IMG/VR virus record: IMGVR_UViG_3300032267_001484
Strand: one strand, 5' to 3'
DNA: 64,000 nucleotides
Source of the DNA: a virus
Under the pieces are notes generated by a model. It saw only the letters and a list, made by a program, of their open reading frames with translations, made no database searches and was not told the DNA's origin. Of the stretch, positions 20,619 to 30,234 are shown piece after piece. Position 1 is the stretch's first letter, and every line of letters starts with the position of its first letter. Both the position numbers and the translations under genes were made by a program.

Positions 20619-21187
20619 AACTTTTGTATTTTGTTATATTTAACTCTATTTTCATAAATGGATAAAGGACGTGTATTAGTATAATGGAATGATCCACCTT
20701 TAGATAAAGGATATATATGGTCTATTTCCCAATATGTTCCGTAGTTATCCCAATTCATTTCTGGTGTGAATTGTTGTTCTAAATATTGTTTATATTCTTT
20801 AATATTGCATCCTAGGTGTTCAATTGTACTAATTGATGTTTCTTTTTTTAAATTAGTATTAATACACACTTTTATACTTTCATATAATTTAATATCAATT
20901 TTACTTCTTCTATTTTTAGCCCATTTATTTCTAAAAGACTTTATACATGTTTTACATCTATTAGCAAATATAATAGATCCATTTTTTCGTTTATGACCAC
21001 TATTTAATCCGTTTTCTATAGTAAGAGGCAATTTACACTCTTTACATAATTTTTTATTAGGAGTAGGAGTATAGTGTCTTTTTAAAAAACATTTTTTACA
21101 TATAATAGTATAACCATCTTTACATGTTTTAGATTTATAGAACTGATCTAAATTTTTTTCTTGATTGCACTTACTGCATATTTTCAT
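20615..21187 (-). CDS. HNH homing endonuclease
   Basis: Zn fingers CSKC/CKKC, MNWDNYG..WEIDHIYP...HYTNTRPL...N. Confidence 0.8.
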   Translation of the reverse strand: MKICSKCNQEKNLDQFYKSKTCKDGYTIICKKCFLKRHYTPTPNKKLCKECKLPLTIENGLNSGHKRKNGSIIFANRCKTCIKSFRNKWAKNRRSKIDIKLYESIKVCINTNLKKETSISTIEHLGCNIKEYKQYLEQQFTPEMNWDNYGTYWEIDHIYPLSKGGSFHYTNTRPLSIYENRVKYNKIQKL

Positions 21188-21217
21188 GTAATATTATTTC
21201 CAATAAATATATAAACT

Positions 21218-21685
21218 CTATAGACCTAATTCTTTAAGTTGTTTAATTGTATTAGCAGTAGATGTATGGTGTATACCTATTCCTCCTGCCTCATTCCATT
21301 CATCAATTGTTTTCTTAAGATCATCAATCAATATTCTATTTTCACCAGCGAATTTTTGTTTTTCATGTCTGGGATAAAGCAGTAGATTATTAAATTGATT
21401 TTTAAGATTCATTATTACCCAAGCTTGTTTGCCAGCGCGAGATGATGCACTTTTAGAAGGAGATGAAAGTATATTTGGTTTATATTTTTTAATATAATTC
21501 CATAATTCTCTTCCATCAGGCATCCATTCTAGATTAGCCCACCATTCAGCACCACGTTCATCTACAGGTTGCCAAAATTCAGGGGTACTATTAACATAAT
21601 TGGTAGTGTCAACACCTGTTAACTCTTTATAACCTTTATTAAAATCAACGAGAACCCCATCCATATCTGAGTAAATAGTATACAT
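21218..21685 (-). CDS. HAD-family 5'(3')-deoxyribonucleotidase
   Basis: DMDGVLVDF motif I, ILSSP, LIDD...WNEAGGIGI. Confidence 0.85.
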   Translation of the reverse strand: MYTIYSDMDGVLVDFNKGYKELTGVDTTNYVNSTPEFWQPVDERGAEWWANLEWMPDGRELWNYIKKYKPNILSSPSKSASSRAGKQAWVIMNLKNQFNNLLLYPRHEKQKFAGENRILIDDLKKTIDEWNEAGGIGIHHTSTANTIKQLKELGL

Positions 21686-21694
21686 AACGTTTTT

Positions 21695-23491
21695 TTATTT
21701 TTTCTTTACTTCGTAGATTCCGTTATCTACCTTTCCATAATCACGTAATAACACACCCGCCTGCGCATTTGCTTCGTTCTCAATATCAGATCCGGTTTCT
21801 CCACTCTCATAATCTATGCGGCCGTCTTCATCTTGTTTACGGTGGACTAATTCATGAGCTAATGTTCTTAGAATGTCGGCCATATTTCGATTTTTTACGT
21901 ACACCCATATTTGATTGTTATTGGGGTCGAAATAACCAAAACTACGTTTTTCTCTAGCAGCATCTGTATCGTACGATAAGGTCAATCTACTGGGGAGTTT
22001 TTGAATTCCCAAGTCTTTGCAAGCATATTTTATAAATTCACCTATAGTTGCTGTTTGACTTTCGTCTAAACGTTGTAATTTAGATTCATTAATAGGGTTG
22101 CTCAATATTGTTAAAACATCATCTACACTAATCCCAGTAGGTATAAATTCTTTAATTTTTTCTTTATCTTGACTTAATAATGCTTGTCTAAAGTTAGTAG
22201 CACTTATATTTTCTTTATTCTCAAATGCAGTAGATCCGGCATCAAATACTTTTGCATTTGGATATTTTTTTAAATTTTTATACCTATCCTCTTCACCCTT
22301 ACCATAAGTAGCATATACTGTCTGTTCAGGATTAGCTTCTATATAATCATATACATCTCTAACAGGAGTAACCTCAGATATTTTTAATTTAATTTTATTA
22401 CCATCTGGTAGTAATGATTTATATAAATTCCATATTTTAGCACTTTCTTGGGCTGTTATGCCTTCGTGTGTTTTTGGAGAAATTAAAACAATTACTTCAT
22501 CTACAGTATTCAATAATTTATATACTACTTCAAAATGTCCTTTATGTGGTGGTTTAAATTTGCCTGGGTATAGAGCAACTGTTGGTTGGTCTTGTTCAAG
22601 TAAAAGAGAAACTAAGTAACGACCTAAATTAGTTTCGTTTAGCATATTGTTTACTTTATCTAATGATTTTTGTTTATTATCACCTTTAGGTGTACCTACT
22701 TCACCACTTTTAATAGATACCATCGAGTTAAAAACGCCTTTAATGCGGTTTTTAGAACGTGGATTTTTTACCTTAGATGATATATCATTTAATAAATCTT
22801 CGAAGCTACCGTCTATTTTGTAATTAGTAAATAGTTTTTTGATATTAGACCAATTACTAGTTTTCCACACATCTGTTCTGTCTACTTCTTTAAAATTATC
22901 TAATGTTACGATACGTAATGTTAACCTAGCGCTTGATAAATTAAATTCATATTCTTGATTTGCTTCAAGTTCAGGTATATTATTAATACCCATACGAGCA
23001 AATATTGATTTAGGATCTTCTTCTAAACATATTACTTTAGCTAATCCTAATAGTAATCCTTGTACCTCAGCAGGATAATCTAAAAATTCTTTTTTAAATT
23101 CAGCTTCATCATCACTAATAGAAACAATATTATCTATTTGAACGTATTGATCAGGTTGTCCTTCTATAGGATATAATATAGTAATTATTTCACCTGTGTT
23201 AAGGTATTTTTTACCTTTATATTTTTCACTTTTAAAAGGAACAATAACATCATCTGGTAGAGCAGATAGGAATTTGGCTAATTCTAGCTTAATATTTTTC
23301 TTATCTGTAGATTTTAGATTAACAATTAAGTCAATATCACCAAAATCTTCTTTAGCACTTGTATTATATGAACCCGAAATTTTAGCGCTTTTAAAAGCAG
23401 GAAATTTCTTTAATATTCTATTAATATAATTGTCTGTTGTGTTAGCAACAGATGCTCTAGTAATTCTATTTCCACCGGCTGAACCTGACAT
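21695..23491 (-). CDS. Multidomain protein: Pol-beta-like nucleotidyltransferase + HIGH-class cytidylyltransferase-like domain + HExxH metallopeptidase-like domain
   Basis: ISGS-x9-GDIDL and VQIDN; YPGKFKPPHKGH and ISATNFR; TLAHELVH. Confidence 0.75.
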   Translation of the reverse strand: MSGSAGGNRITRASVANTTDNYINRILKKFPAFKSAKISGSYNTSAKEDFGDIDLIVNLKSTDKKNIKLELAKFLSALPDDVIVPFKSEKYKGKKYLNTGEIITILYPIEGQPDQYVQIDNIVSISDDEAEFKKEFLDYPAEVQGLLLGLAKVICLEEDPKSIFARMGINNIPELEANQEYEFNLSSARLTLRIVTLDNFKEVDRTDVWKTSNWSNIKKLFTNYKIDGSFEDLLNDISSKVKNPRSKNRIKGVFNSMVSIKSGEVGTPKGDNKQKSLDKVNNMLNETNLGRYLVSLLLEQDQPTVALYPGKFKPPHKGHFEVVYKLLNTVDEVIVLISPKTHEGITAQESAKIWNLYKSLLPDGNKIKLKISEVTPVRDVYDYIEANPEQTVYATYGKGEEDRYKNLKKYPNAKVFDAGSTAFENKENISATNFRQALLSQDKEKIKEFIPTGISVDDVLTILSNPINESKLQRLDESQTATIGEFIKYACKDLGIQKLPSRLTLSYDTDAAREKRSFGYFDPNNNQIWVYVKNRNMADILRTLAHELVHRKQDEDGRIDYESGETGSDIENEANAQAGVLLRDYGKVDNGIYEVKKK

Positions 23492-24462
23492 TATGCTTTT
23501 TCTTTTTGGTAAGGAATTAATTTAGAATTATCAGGTAAAAATTTACCTTTTAATCCTAATCTGTCTTGATTATCAATCCAATATTTTTGGAGATTATCTG
23601 GGATGTCTGCTCTAGTTGAATCAAGTATTTTAAGATATTGATCCATAATAGAATTATATTCTTCTTTAGATATGTTTTTTCTTATGAAATCTTCTAATTT
23701 AAAATAATCATCTAAAATATCTTGAGTTAAATTAAAATTATATAATTTATTTAATAAAGCAATAGCTTCTTTAGGATTAGATGCTTCTTGACTACCACTT
23801 TCTTTATCAACTACGCCTGTAGAATGACCAAATGTTCTACCTTTATTAGAGAATAAAGCTAACATTAATTGGGTACGATGTAAACCTTTAACATTACCCT
23901 CATACGATTGAGAATAATAACTAAAACGTAACCATTCAGGATTACCTACATTAATATCTGTTTGAACTGCTTTACCTACTTTTTCACCATTAGGTCCGTA
24001 TTGAGGAACAGCGCAAAATATAGAGCCAGCACCAGATGCTTTAAGATCTACTTCAACATCGGGTAATGAATCATTAATTTTATCTCCAATTAATACAATC
24101 ATAGCACGTAGCTGAAGTTTCTCAGGTGTTGCTGTTCTGGCTTTTTTAGTAAATTGTGCTAAAAGTTCGTTGTATTTATTTTCATCTACACTCCAACCTT
24201 TAAAGTCAGGTTTACCACCCGGAAATATATTTTTAATGTCATATGATAAATCAATATCACCTGATACTGCTTTTTTACCGGCTGACCCTAATTTTTCAAA
24301 TGATTTAAATGTAGATGCTTTAGCAGGAAATATTTTAGATAATTGCTCTACAAATTTTTCAATAGTAGGTTCAATATTATCTTTTTCAATTGAGTCTGTA
24401 GTACCGAATACGTTACCACCTTCTTTTAGTATTTGTTTAGCAATTTTTAGTAGATGTATCAT
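23491..24462 (-). CDS. Pol-beta superfamily nucleotidyltransferase-like protein
   Basis: LGSAGKKAVSGDIDL and VQTDIN motifs. Confidence 0.7.
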   Translation of the reverse strand: MIHLLKIAKQILKEGGNVFGTTDSIEKDNIEPTIEKFVEQLSKIFPAKASTFKSFEKLGSAGKKAVSGDIDLSYDIKNIFPGGKPDFKGWSVDENKYNELLAQFTKKARTATPEKLQLRAMIVLIGDKINDSLPDVEVDLKASGAGSIFCAVPQYGPNGEKVGKAVQTDINVGNPEWLRFSYYSQSYEGNVKGLHRTQLMLALFSNKGRTFGHSTGVVDKESGSQEASNPKEAIALLNKLYNFNLTQDILDDYFKLEDFIRKNISKEEYNSIMDQYLKILDSTRADIPDNLQKYWIDNQDRLGLKGKFLPDNSKLIPYQKEKA

Positions 24463-24474
24463 AATTAAACATAA

Positions 24475-24505
24475 ATAGGTAACTTGGACAGTCCAAGCTA
24501 CCTAT
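24475..24505 (-). terminator. Long hairpin (terminator or leader) overlapping a late-promoter motif
   Basis: ATAGGTAGCTTGGAC-T-GTCCAAGTTACCTAT near-perfect inverted repeat. Confidence 0.55.
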
Positions 24506-24541
24506 AAATATTTAATATTTATTTTAATTAATATATATATG

Positions 24542-24826
24542 TTATTTTTTGAATAATTTTTTCCAAATTTGGTTACGAGGATTTCCAAACTGCATACCTA
24601 AATATTTTCCTAAAACAGATCCTATTATATAAAATATTACAATAGTAAATTTACCTTTTAATAAATCATCAATTGCATAATATGTAGATGCTAATGCTAC
24701 TAAATTTATCCAAACGGAATTTAATAGAAGTGCTCCTATTTTATTTTGATATGTATATTTTATTTCTAAAACTTTAAAAATATTATATAAAGTTTGTGCA
24801 AATAAAACAATTAATTCTTTATACAT
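24542..24826 (-). CDS. Small multi-pass membrane protein
   Basis: Three hydrophobic segments. Confidence 0.65.
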   Translation of the reverse strand: MYKELIVLFAQTLYNIFKVLEIKYTYQNKIGALLLNSVWINLVALASTYYAIDDLLKGKFTIVIFYIIGSVLGKYLGMQFGNPRNQIWKKLFKK

Positions 24827-25614
24827 TACTCAGCAGATAATTTAATACTTGTAGGTAACAATTCTGTAATAGGCTTAAATTCTGGGTTTTCTAGTTTGTA
24901 AATGTCATATATTTTTTTAAACATTTCAAAATTAGTAGCAATACCATCTGATGGTTTTAATTGCCATCCTTTACCTTGAATTGCATCTTTTTTACCTTCT
25001 CCACGAGTAGATGCTTTTAACCACAAAATACCAGTACGTTCAATTAAAGTATTGTGTGTTTCATTCCAAGCAACAGCATATGCTGCTAATTGTAAATCAT
25101 AAGAAGTATGGAGTGAATTTGATGTTTTAATATCAAGTAACCAAACTTGATTATTTAATTTAACAATTATATCAGTTGTACCTGCATATTCGTGAGTATC
25201 TGAGAATAAGTGGTATTCTGAAGCTATTAATTCTGGTTTATGTGTATTCCAAAAATCAGCAAACTTTAAAATCATTTTCCAAACCTCTAAACTATATTCT
25301 GCTCTTCCATTATCATCAATCCATTTAATTTCTTCACCGTTTAAAAAACGATCAATAGCGTTGTGTACTTGAGTGCCTTCAGATGCTGCTTTGGAAGCGA
25401 TAATATCAGCATTATGACCTACATCTTTAAGCCACTCATGAAAGAATTTATTTTTAGGAAAATAATTTAATACTGAAGTTACAGATGGGTAGTATTTATC
25501 ATTTCGTTTATAAAACCTACTATCTAGTACATTAACTTGCTTATCACCCTCACTGTACTCAATAATGCGCTTAATTTTAGGATCTTTAATAATATTAACA
25601 TGTCTGTCGATCAT
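24826..25614 (-). CDS. PD-(D/E)XK exonuclease
   Basis: YPSVTSVL, GTQVH, YAGTTD...LDIKTS, QLAAYA. Confidence 0.85.
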   Translation of the reverse strand: MIDRHVNIIKDPKIKRIIEYSEGDKQVNVLDSRFYKRNDKYYPSVTSVLNYFPKNKFFHEWLKDVGHNADIIASKAASEGTQVHNAIDRFLNGEEIKWIDDNGRAEYSLEVWKMILKFADFWNTHKPELIASEYHLFSDTHEYAGTTDIIVKLNNQVWLLDIKTSNSLHTSYDLQLAAYAVAWNETHNTLIERTGILWLKASTRGEGKKDAIQGKGWQLKPSDGIATNFEMFKKIYDIYKLENPEFKPITELLPTSIKLSAE

Positions 25615-26552
25615 AATAGTTGTAATTTTTTTTCAAGCAAGCTCTGAAAATTCAGTGGTTGTGTTTGCTCAATTGTGTTAAGAAAATTTTCAAAACCTAT
25701 TTCATTTGCATCTTTACCTTCCATTTCTACCAAGTATACTTCTTTACCGTATGACATAAGTTTTTCTGCTTGTCTTAAAGCATCCTTCCTTGCATCAGCA
25801 TCCAAAGCAATATAAACACGATTAACAGAAGATTTAACTAATTTTTCCATTAGTTTGCCATGTAATTCTTTACCAAATAAAGGTATTACATTACGTTTAA
25901 TAGTAAGAGCATCAAATATACCTTCAACAAGTATAATTGGTGCGTTCCAATTTATGTATAACTCCCACCCAATAACATCTTTAGCGGATACAGGAGGATT
26001 TTTATATTTTTGTAGTGATGGTTCTTTATAGTCTCTAGCTATAAAATAATTTAAACGTTTGTTGTTATCATAAGAAGGAATAATAACACGACCTTCATAT
26101 TTACCTTCTTTACAAAACCCAATATTATATTTAATTATATCGTCTTGTGTAACACTACGTTTTTTAAGAAATTTTAAAGCATGTTTTGCTTCAATTTGAG
26201 CAATTTTATCTTCGATTGTATTTGAAAGAGATATAAATTCTTTAGGTAATTCAAGTACATCTAAAGGTATACGATCTTCCTTTTTATCAGGTATAATTAA
26301 TATATTTAATTCATTAATTTTATCTGCTGGTGCTTTGACTTTTTTGAATAGGTTAAGTAATGATTTACCTTTAGCACCACATATCCAACAATGCCAAAAG
26401 TTTTCACGTTTGGATGTTGTTTGTAAATTAATTTCTAATTTTGGTTTATGATGAGTACAGAAGGGACACTTAAAAGCATAGTTACCTTTGCTTGTAGCTT
26501 GTCCCTTACCCAATACGGATTCAACTATAAATAATAGAGCTGTATTTTCCAT
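25611..26552 (-). CDS. DNA primase (Zn finger + TOPRIM)
   Basis: CPFC...HCWIC, RVIIP, LVEGIFDA, IALDAD, KDAN. Confidence 0.9.
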   Translation of the reverse strand: MENTALLFIVESVLGKGQATSKGNYAFKCPFCTHHKPKLEINLQTTSKRENFWHCWICGAKGKSLLNLFKKVKAPADKINELNILIIPDKKEDRIPLDVLELPKEFISLSNTIEDKIAQIEAKHALKFLKKRSVTQDDIIKYNIGFCKEGKYEGRVIIPSYDNNKRLNYFIARDYKEPSLQKYKNPPVSAKDVIGWELYINWNAPIILVEGIFDALTIKRNVIPLFGKELHGKLMEKLVKSSVNRVYIALDADARKDALRQAEKLMSYGKEVYLVEMEGKDANEIGFENFLNTIEQTQPLNFQSLLEKKLQLL

Positions 26553-26579
26553 GAACTTGAATATAAGTTCTTGTTTTGC

Positions 26580-27032
26580 CTAAGCAAAGTCTTTACGAAA
26601 ATATTTCCCAGATATATTATCATTATAACTATTATCAGTAAATAATACGTTGTATACTATTTGTTCCTGGAGTTCTAGAAATGTAAGCTGTTTTTTATTT
26701 TTGGCGAAATGTATTATAACACGTTCAAATTTATCTTCACCTAATAATTTGACGTCAGCTAATAATTCTTTAGATGAACCATAATATGATTTCCATCCAC
26801 TATCTACTTTATCAACTCGAGTAGTTGGTTTGCGACCAGCGCCTGTATGTTCAGCAATTTCTTTTTTAGTAAGTTTTTTCTTTTTATTATGGATAAATGC
26901 TTTTTTACCTATATAAAACCTATTTGTTTCCAAATTAGTAATTATATAAACAAAACCATAATATCCATTAGCATGTTCTTCAGGAAATATTTCTAGACTT
27001 CCATCATCGAGACGCCATAACCAATTATTCAT
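26580..27032 (-). CDS. GIY-YIG endonuclease (T4 EndoII/Seg-like)
   Basis: GFVYIITN...YIGKK, WKSYYGSS, YNDNI. Confidence 0.8.
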   Translation of the reverse strand: MNNWLWRLDDGSLEIFPEEHANGYYGFVYIITNLETNRFYIGKKAFIHNKKKKLTKKEIAEHTGAGRKPTTRVDKVDSGWKSYYGSSKELLADVKLLGEDKFERVIIHFAKNKKQLTFLELQEQIVYNVLFTDNSYNDNISGKYFRKDFA

Positions 27033-27035
27033 AAA

Positions 27036-27884
27036 TTATGTATCGTATTTAACTACAAATGTCATATCAGTATCAGGTGATATTAACATTGGTTTACCAA
27101 ATTTAGCAACAGCTACTAATTCATTATTATCATTATATAATCCAAGTCCAGTTGCATAAGTATAAAAACTAGAACTAGTAGCAAATCCTTTTACAGATCC
27201 ACTAGCATAATTAGTTACTAATGTTGGATTATATGATAGATTAAAATCACTTTCTTTTACTAAACAACGTACTTCATTTTCATATATAATATGATCATTT
27301 TTAAATTCTAAAGTAAAAGTGGGTTCTGAAAATACTGTTTGGTAGGATTGATTTGTTATTATTATTAATCCTTGGGCATATATTATATTGCCTATATGAA
27401 TTGCATCATCATACAAATTTCCAAATCCATCGTCAAATATATTATATGCTCCTGAAGTGAGGGTAAAAGAATTTGGTAATATTTTACCACCAAATACTAT
27501 TTGGTTAACAGCTAAAACTTTAATTGTTTGTCCAACAGTAGTAGGGAAATTTGATATTAAATTATCATTATCATTAAACACAAAGTACGATGCAGTAGGA
27601 CGTTGTTGAGAAACAGATTCATAATATAATGAACTTGCTAATGAAGATGTATTTAAAAGATTAGGATATGCTTGATAAAATAATTGATTTATTTGAGCAT
27701 AAATTAGTCTATTATATTGGTTAGAAGAAGAAGCTTCACTTAAGCTAAAAACTCCAGCTATATTGGTTCCAGTATAAAGAGTAGAATATGTTGTGTAAGT
27801 AGATTGATTAAAGGTCCATTGCTTATTAGCATGGTAAGGTACAACGGAAACGTCTGATTTGCTTAGTTTTTTGAATGAAGACAT
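27036..27884 (-). CDS. Tail/baseplate structural protein
   Basis: C-terminal GLYNDNNELVAVAK collar motif; tail module. Confidence 0.65.
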   Translation of the reverse strand: MSSFKKLSKSDVSVVPYHANKQWTFNQSTYTTYSTLYTGTNIAGVFSLSEASSSNQYNRLIYAQINQLFYQAYPNLLNTSSLASSLYYESVSQQRPTASYFVFNDNDNLISNFPTTVGQTIKVLAVNQIVFGGKILPNSFTLTSGAYNIFDDGFGNLYDDAIHIGNIIYAQGLIIITNQSYQTVFSEPTFTLEFKNDHIIYENEVRCLVKESDFNLSYNPTLVTNYASGSVKGFATSSSFYTYATGLGLYNDNNELVAVAKFGKPMLISPDTDMTFVVKYDT

Positions 27885-27891
27885 ACATAAA

Positions 27892-28794
27892 TTAGTAATC
27901 TATCTTAACTCGAATTAATGCTTCCTTAGTAAAGTCTTTTGTTAAAGGTCTACTCATTTTAGCTACTGCTAGTAATTCATTATTGTCATTATATAATCCT
28001 ACTGATGTTGGGAATGTTTGAGGATTATTAATTAATGTAGTATATAATAAATTACCATTATCATCTATAATAGATGGATTAGTAGTATAATTAAATTCAC
28101 TATTTTTTACACGTGTAAAGAAATAGGTTGAAGATACTGTTTCAGCTGATTGTAATTTAAAGTTATTACCTGCTTTAATAGCATCAAACAACTTAATATT
28201 ATTTCCTGATGATCCTAGAGATATTCCGGTCGTAGATAAAGGCATAATAATTGCTCCTAAATCAGGAAATAAAAATCCATATGTAGCAGTACTTGCAGAT
28301 CCACTTTGTATAAGATTATAATATCTATTTTCTCCTATAAAACGGGATACACTAGTAGTACTGCTATCATCAATTAATACTTTACTATTAATAGTTAATT
28401 CAATAGAACCAGGTTTAATTGATTCTTTATAACGAGAACGGGCAATACTAACTACAAATATATCAGCAGATACTGTTGAACCAGTAAATACAAAATTATT
28501 TGATTCAGTCCCATAAATTAAATTTCTCCACTCACCATAAACAACACGAGAAGCACTACTTCCTGAAACTAGAGGATTAATAAGGGGAGAATTAGATCCA
28601 CTTAAATTACCATATTGTACACTAAACTGTATATTAGCTGGTGTACTAGTATCTACTACATTTACATAATATTCACTTCCTCCACTTGCTGTGACAATAG
28701 TAGGTAATATATTACTGTCTCCACTCCATAATCCACGTACTACGGTTTCTGAACTTACTACTTGATCTTCTGGGTTATATCTTGAAAATGACAT
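27892..28794 (-). CDS. Tail/baseplate structural protein (paralog of its neighbour)
   Basis: C-terminal GLYNDNNELLAVAK motif; Ser/Thr/Gly-rich. Confidence 0.65.
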   Translation of the reverse strand: MSFSRYNPEDQVVSSETVVRGLWSGDSNILPTIVTASGGSEYYVNVVDTSTPANIQFSVQYGNLSGSNSPLINPLVSGSSASRVVYGEWRNLIYGTESNNFVFTGSTVSADIFVVSIARSRYKESIKPGSIELTINSKVLIDDSSTTSVSRFIGENRYYNLIQSGSASTATYGFLFPDLGAIIMPLSTTGISLGSSGNNIKLFDAIKAGNNFKLQSAETVSSTYFFTRVKNSEFNYTTNPSIIDDNGNLLYTTLINNPQTFPTSVGLYNDNNELLAVAKMSRPLTKDFTKEALIRVKIDY

Positions 28795-28802
28795 ATTTTA
28801 TA

Positions 28803-29465
28803 TTATATTGTTGATACTTTTTGAATATTGAGAGGAATAGTAATTCTTGCACCACTATCTCTACCAATAACGGTAATAGTAGTTGTTAAAGTAGACAAGC
28901 TAGATCCAAATAAAGTATTGACTGTAGTTCCAGTTAATGTAAATGAAGTACCTACTTGTGTTACGGATAATACAGCTCCCGTTGTTGTATTTAATCCTTG
29001 AACTGGGGTTGTTGTAGTAATACCAGTTCCAGTAAAGGTAGATATTAGACGAGAATCAGCAATAGTGGCAACATATCCATTAGCTTCAAATGTACTTGTA
29101 CTACCAACATAATTTAATGTTTGTGGAGTAATAGTTAATGAAGCACCTTGTTTAAGTGTAATACTAGTATATCCAAGATTAATAACAGGTAATTTAGAAG
29201 TTCCACGAGGTAAAGTTACTAGTTTATAGCGCATTACTTGTGAATCTTCAGGGAAAGCTTCTAATACAGGAGTATTTTCAATAGCTTGTCCATAAAATGC
29301 AGAACCAGATGGGTGGGTTGGATTATATAAGGTATAATCAATCTCATCATCAGCTAATGCAAATTGTGTAATTTTAAATGAACCATCGTTACGTGCTAAT
29401 AATTCACGACCTTTTGTGGTTAATATTGCATCTACTGTTATTACTGTAGGGTTTAAAATTGCCAT
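28803..29465 (-). CDS. Tail/baseplate structural protein
   Basis: DAILTTKGRELLA...ITQFALADDEIDY N-terminus; Thr-rich. Confidence 0.65.
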   Translation of the reverse strand: MAILNPTVITVDAILTTKGRELLARNDGSFKITQFALADDEIDYTLYNPTHPSGSAFYGQAIENTPVLEAFPEDSQVMRYKLVTLPRGTSKLPVINLGYTSITLKQGASLTITPQTLNYVGSTSTFEANGYVATIADSRLISTFTGTGITTTTPVQGLNTTTGAVLSVTQVGTSFTLTGTTVNTLFGSSLSTLTTTITVIGRDSGARITIPLNIQKVSTI

Positions 29466-29500
29466 ATTGTCTTATTGTATATATTATAAATATATTAAAT

Positions 29501-30232
29501 TTAAAAAGTATTTATTGTTACTTGTGATTGATCTGATAGTAGTTTTTGTTTTACTTCTCTGGTAATAGTGTCTATATTTTCTAACACATCTGCTGATAGA
29601 TTTGAAGGAATAATAAATCCATATGAAGTGGCACCTTCACGTTTTCTAAAAGTTAAATAAGCATTAGTTTCATCTTCTTTTCTAGATAATACTAGAAAAC
29701 GTTGATAAGATCCGGATAATATATCCCTTTTATATAAAGTAGATAAAGTTCCATCTAGTGTAAATTGTAATAAACTCCCAGAATAAGATGAACTTAATAT
29801 TCTAGATTCAACATAAGTATTATCTGAGAGATAAGTTATGGCTATATCAAATGGTTTTACTACAAATTCATAATCTACATTCCCATATGTATTATACAAA
29901 CTATTTTGAGATCCTGTTAAAGGATTAGGGGCAAAAATATAATTACCTCCATAAAAATTACTAATTCCTGGGTTGAAAGTTATAGTACTAGTACTTCCAC
30001 TTCCTGCAACTATAGAGGCAGATACTGAGGCTGAATCAAAATAATTGCAAGCAGTAGTTGCATATCCGGTAGATGCAGCTAGTGAAGATACATTTAAAGA
30101 TCCTTCAGATAAAGAAGCAGTAAAATTATTAGTAGTGGTTCCTTTTAATACAAATTTAAAAGTTAACACATCACCTGTATTTAATACTATAGGACTTTGA
30201 TTTATGCTAAATGTTTTTGTTTCTACTGCCAT
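29501..30232 (-). CDS. Virion structural protein
   Basis: Ser/Thr-rich beta-strand ORF in the tail module. Confidence 0.55.
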   Translation of the reverse strand: MAVETKTFSINQSPIVLNTGDVLTFKFVLKGTTTNNFTASLSEGSLNVSSLAASTGYATTACNYFDSASVSASIVAGSGSTSTITFNPGISNFYGGNYIFAPNPLTGSQNSLYNTYGNVDYEFVVKPFDIAITYLSDNTYVESRILSSSYSGSLLQFTLDGTLSTLYKRDILSGSYQRFLVLSRKEDETNAYLTFRKREGATSYGFIIPSNLSADVLENIDTITREVKQKLLSDQSQVTINTF

Positions 30233-30234
30233 AT

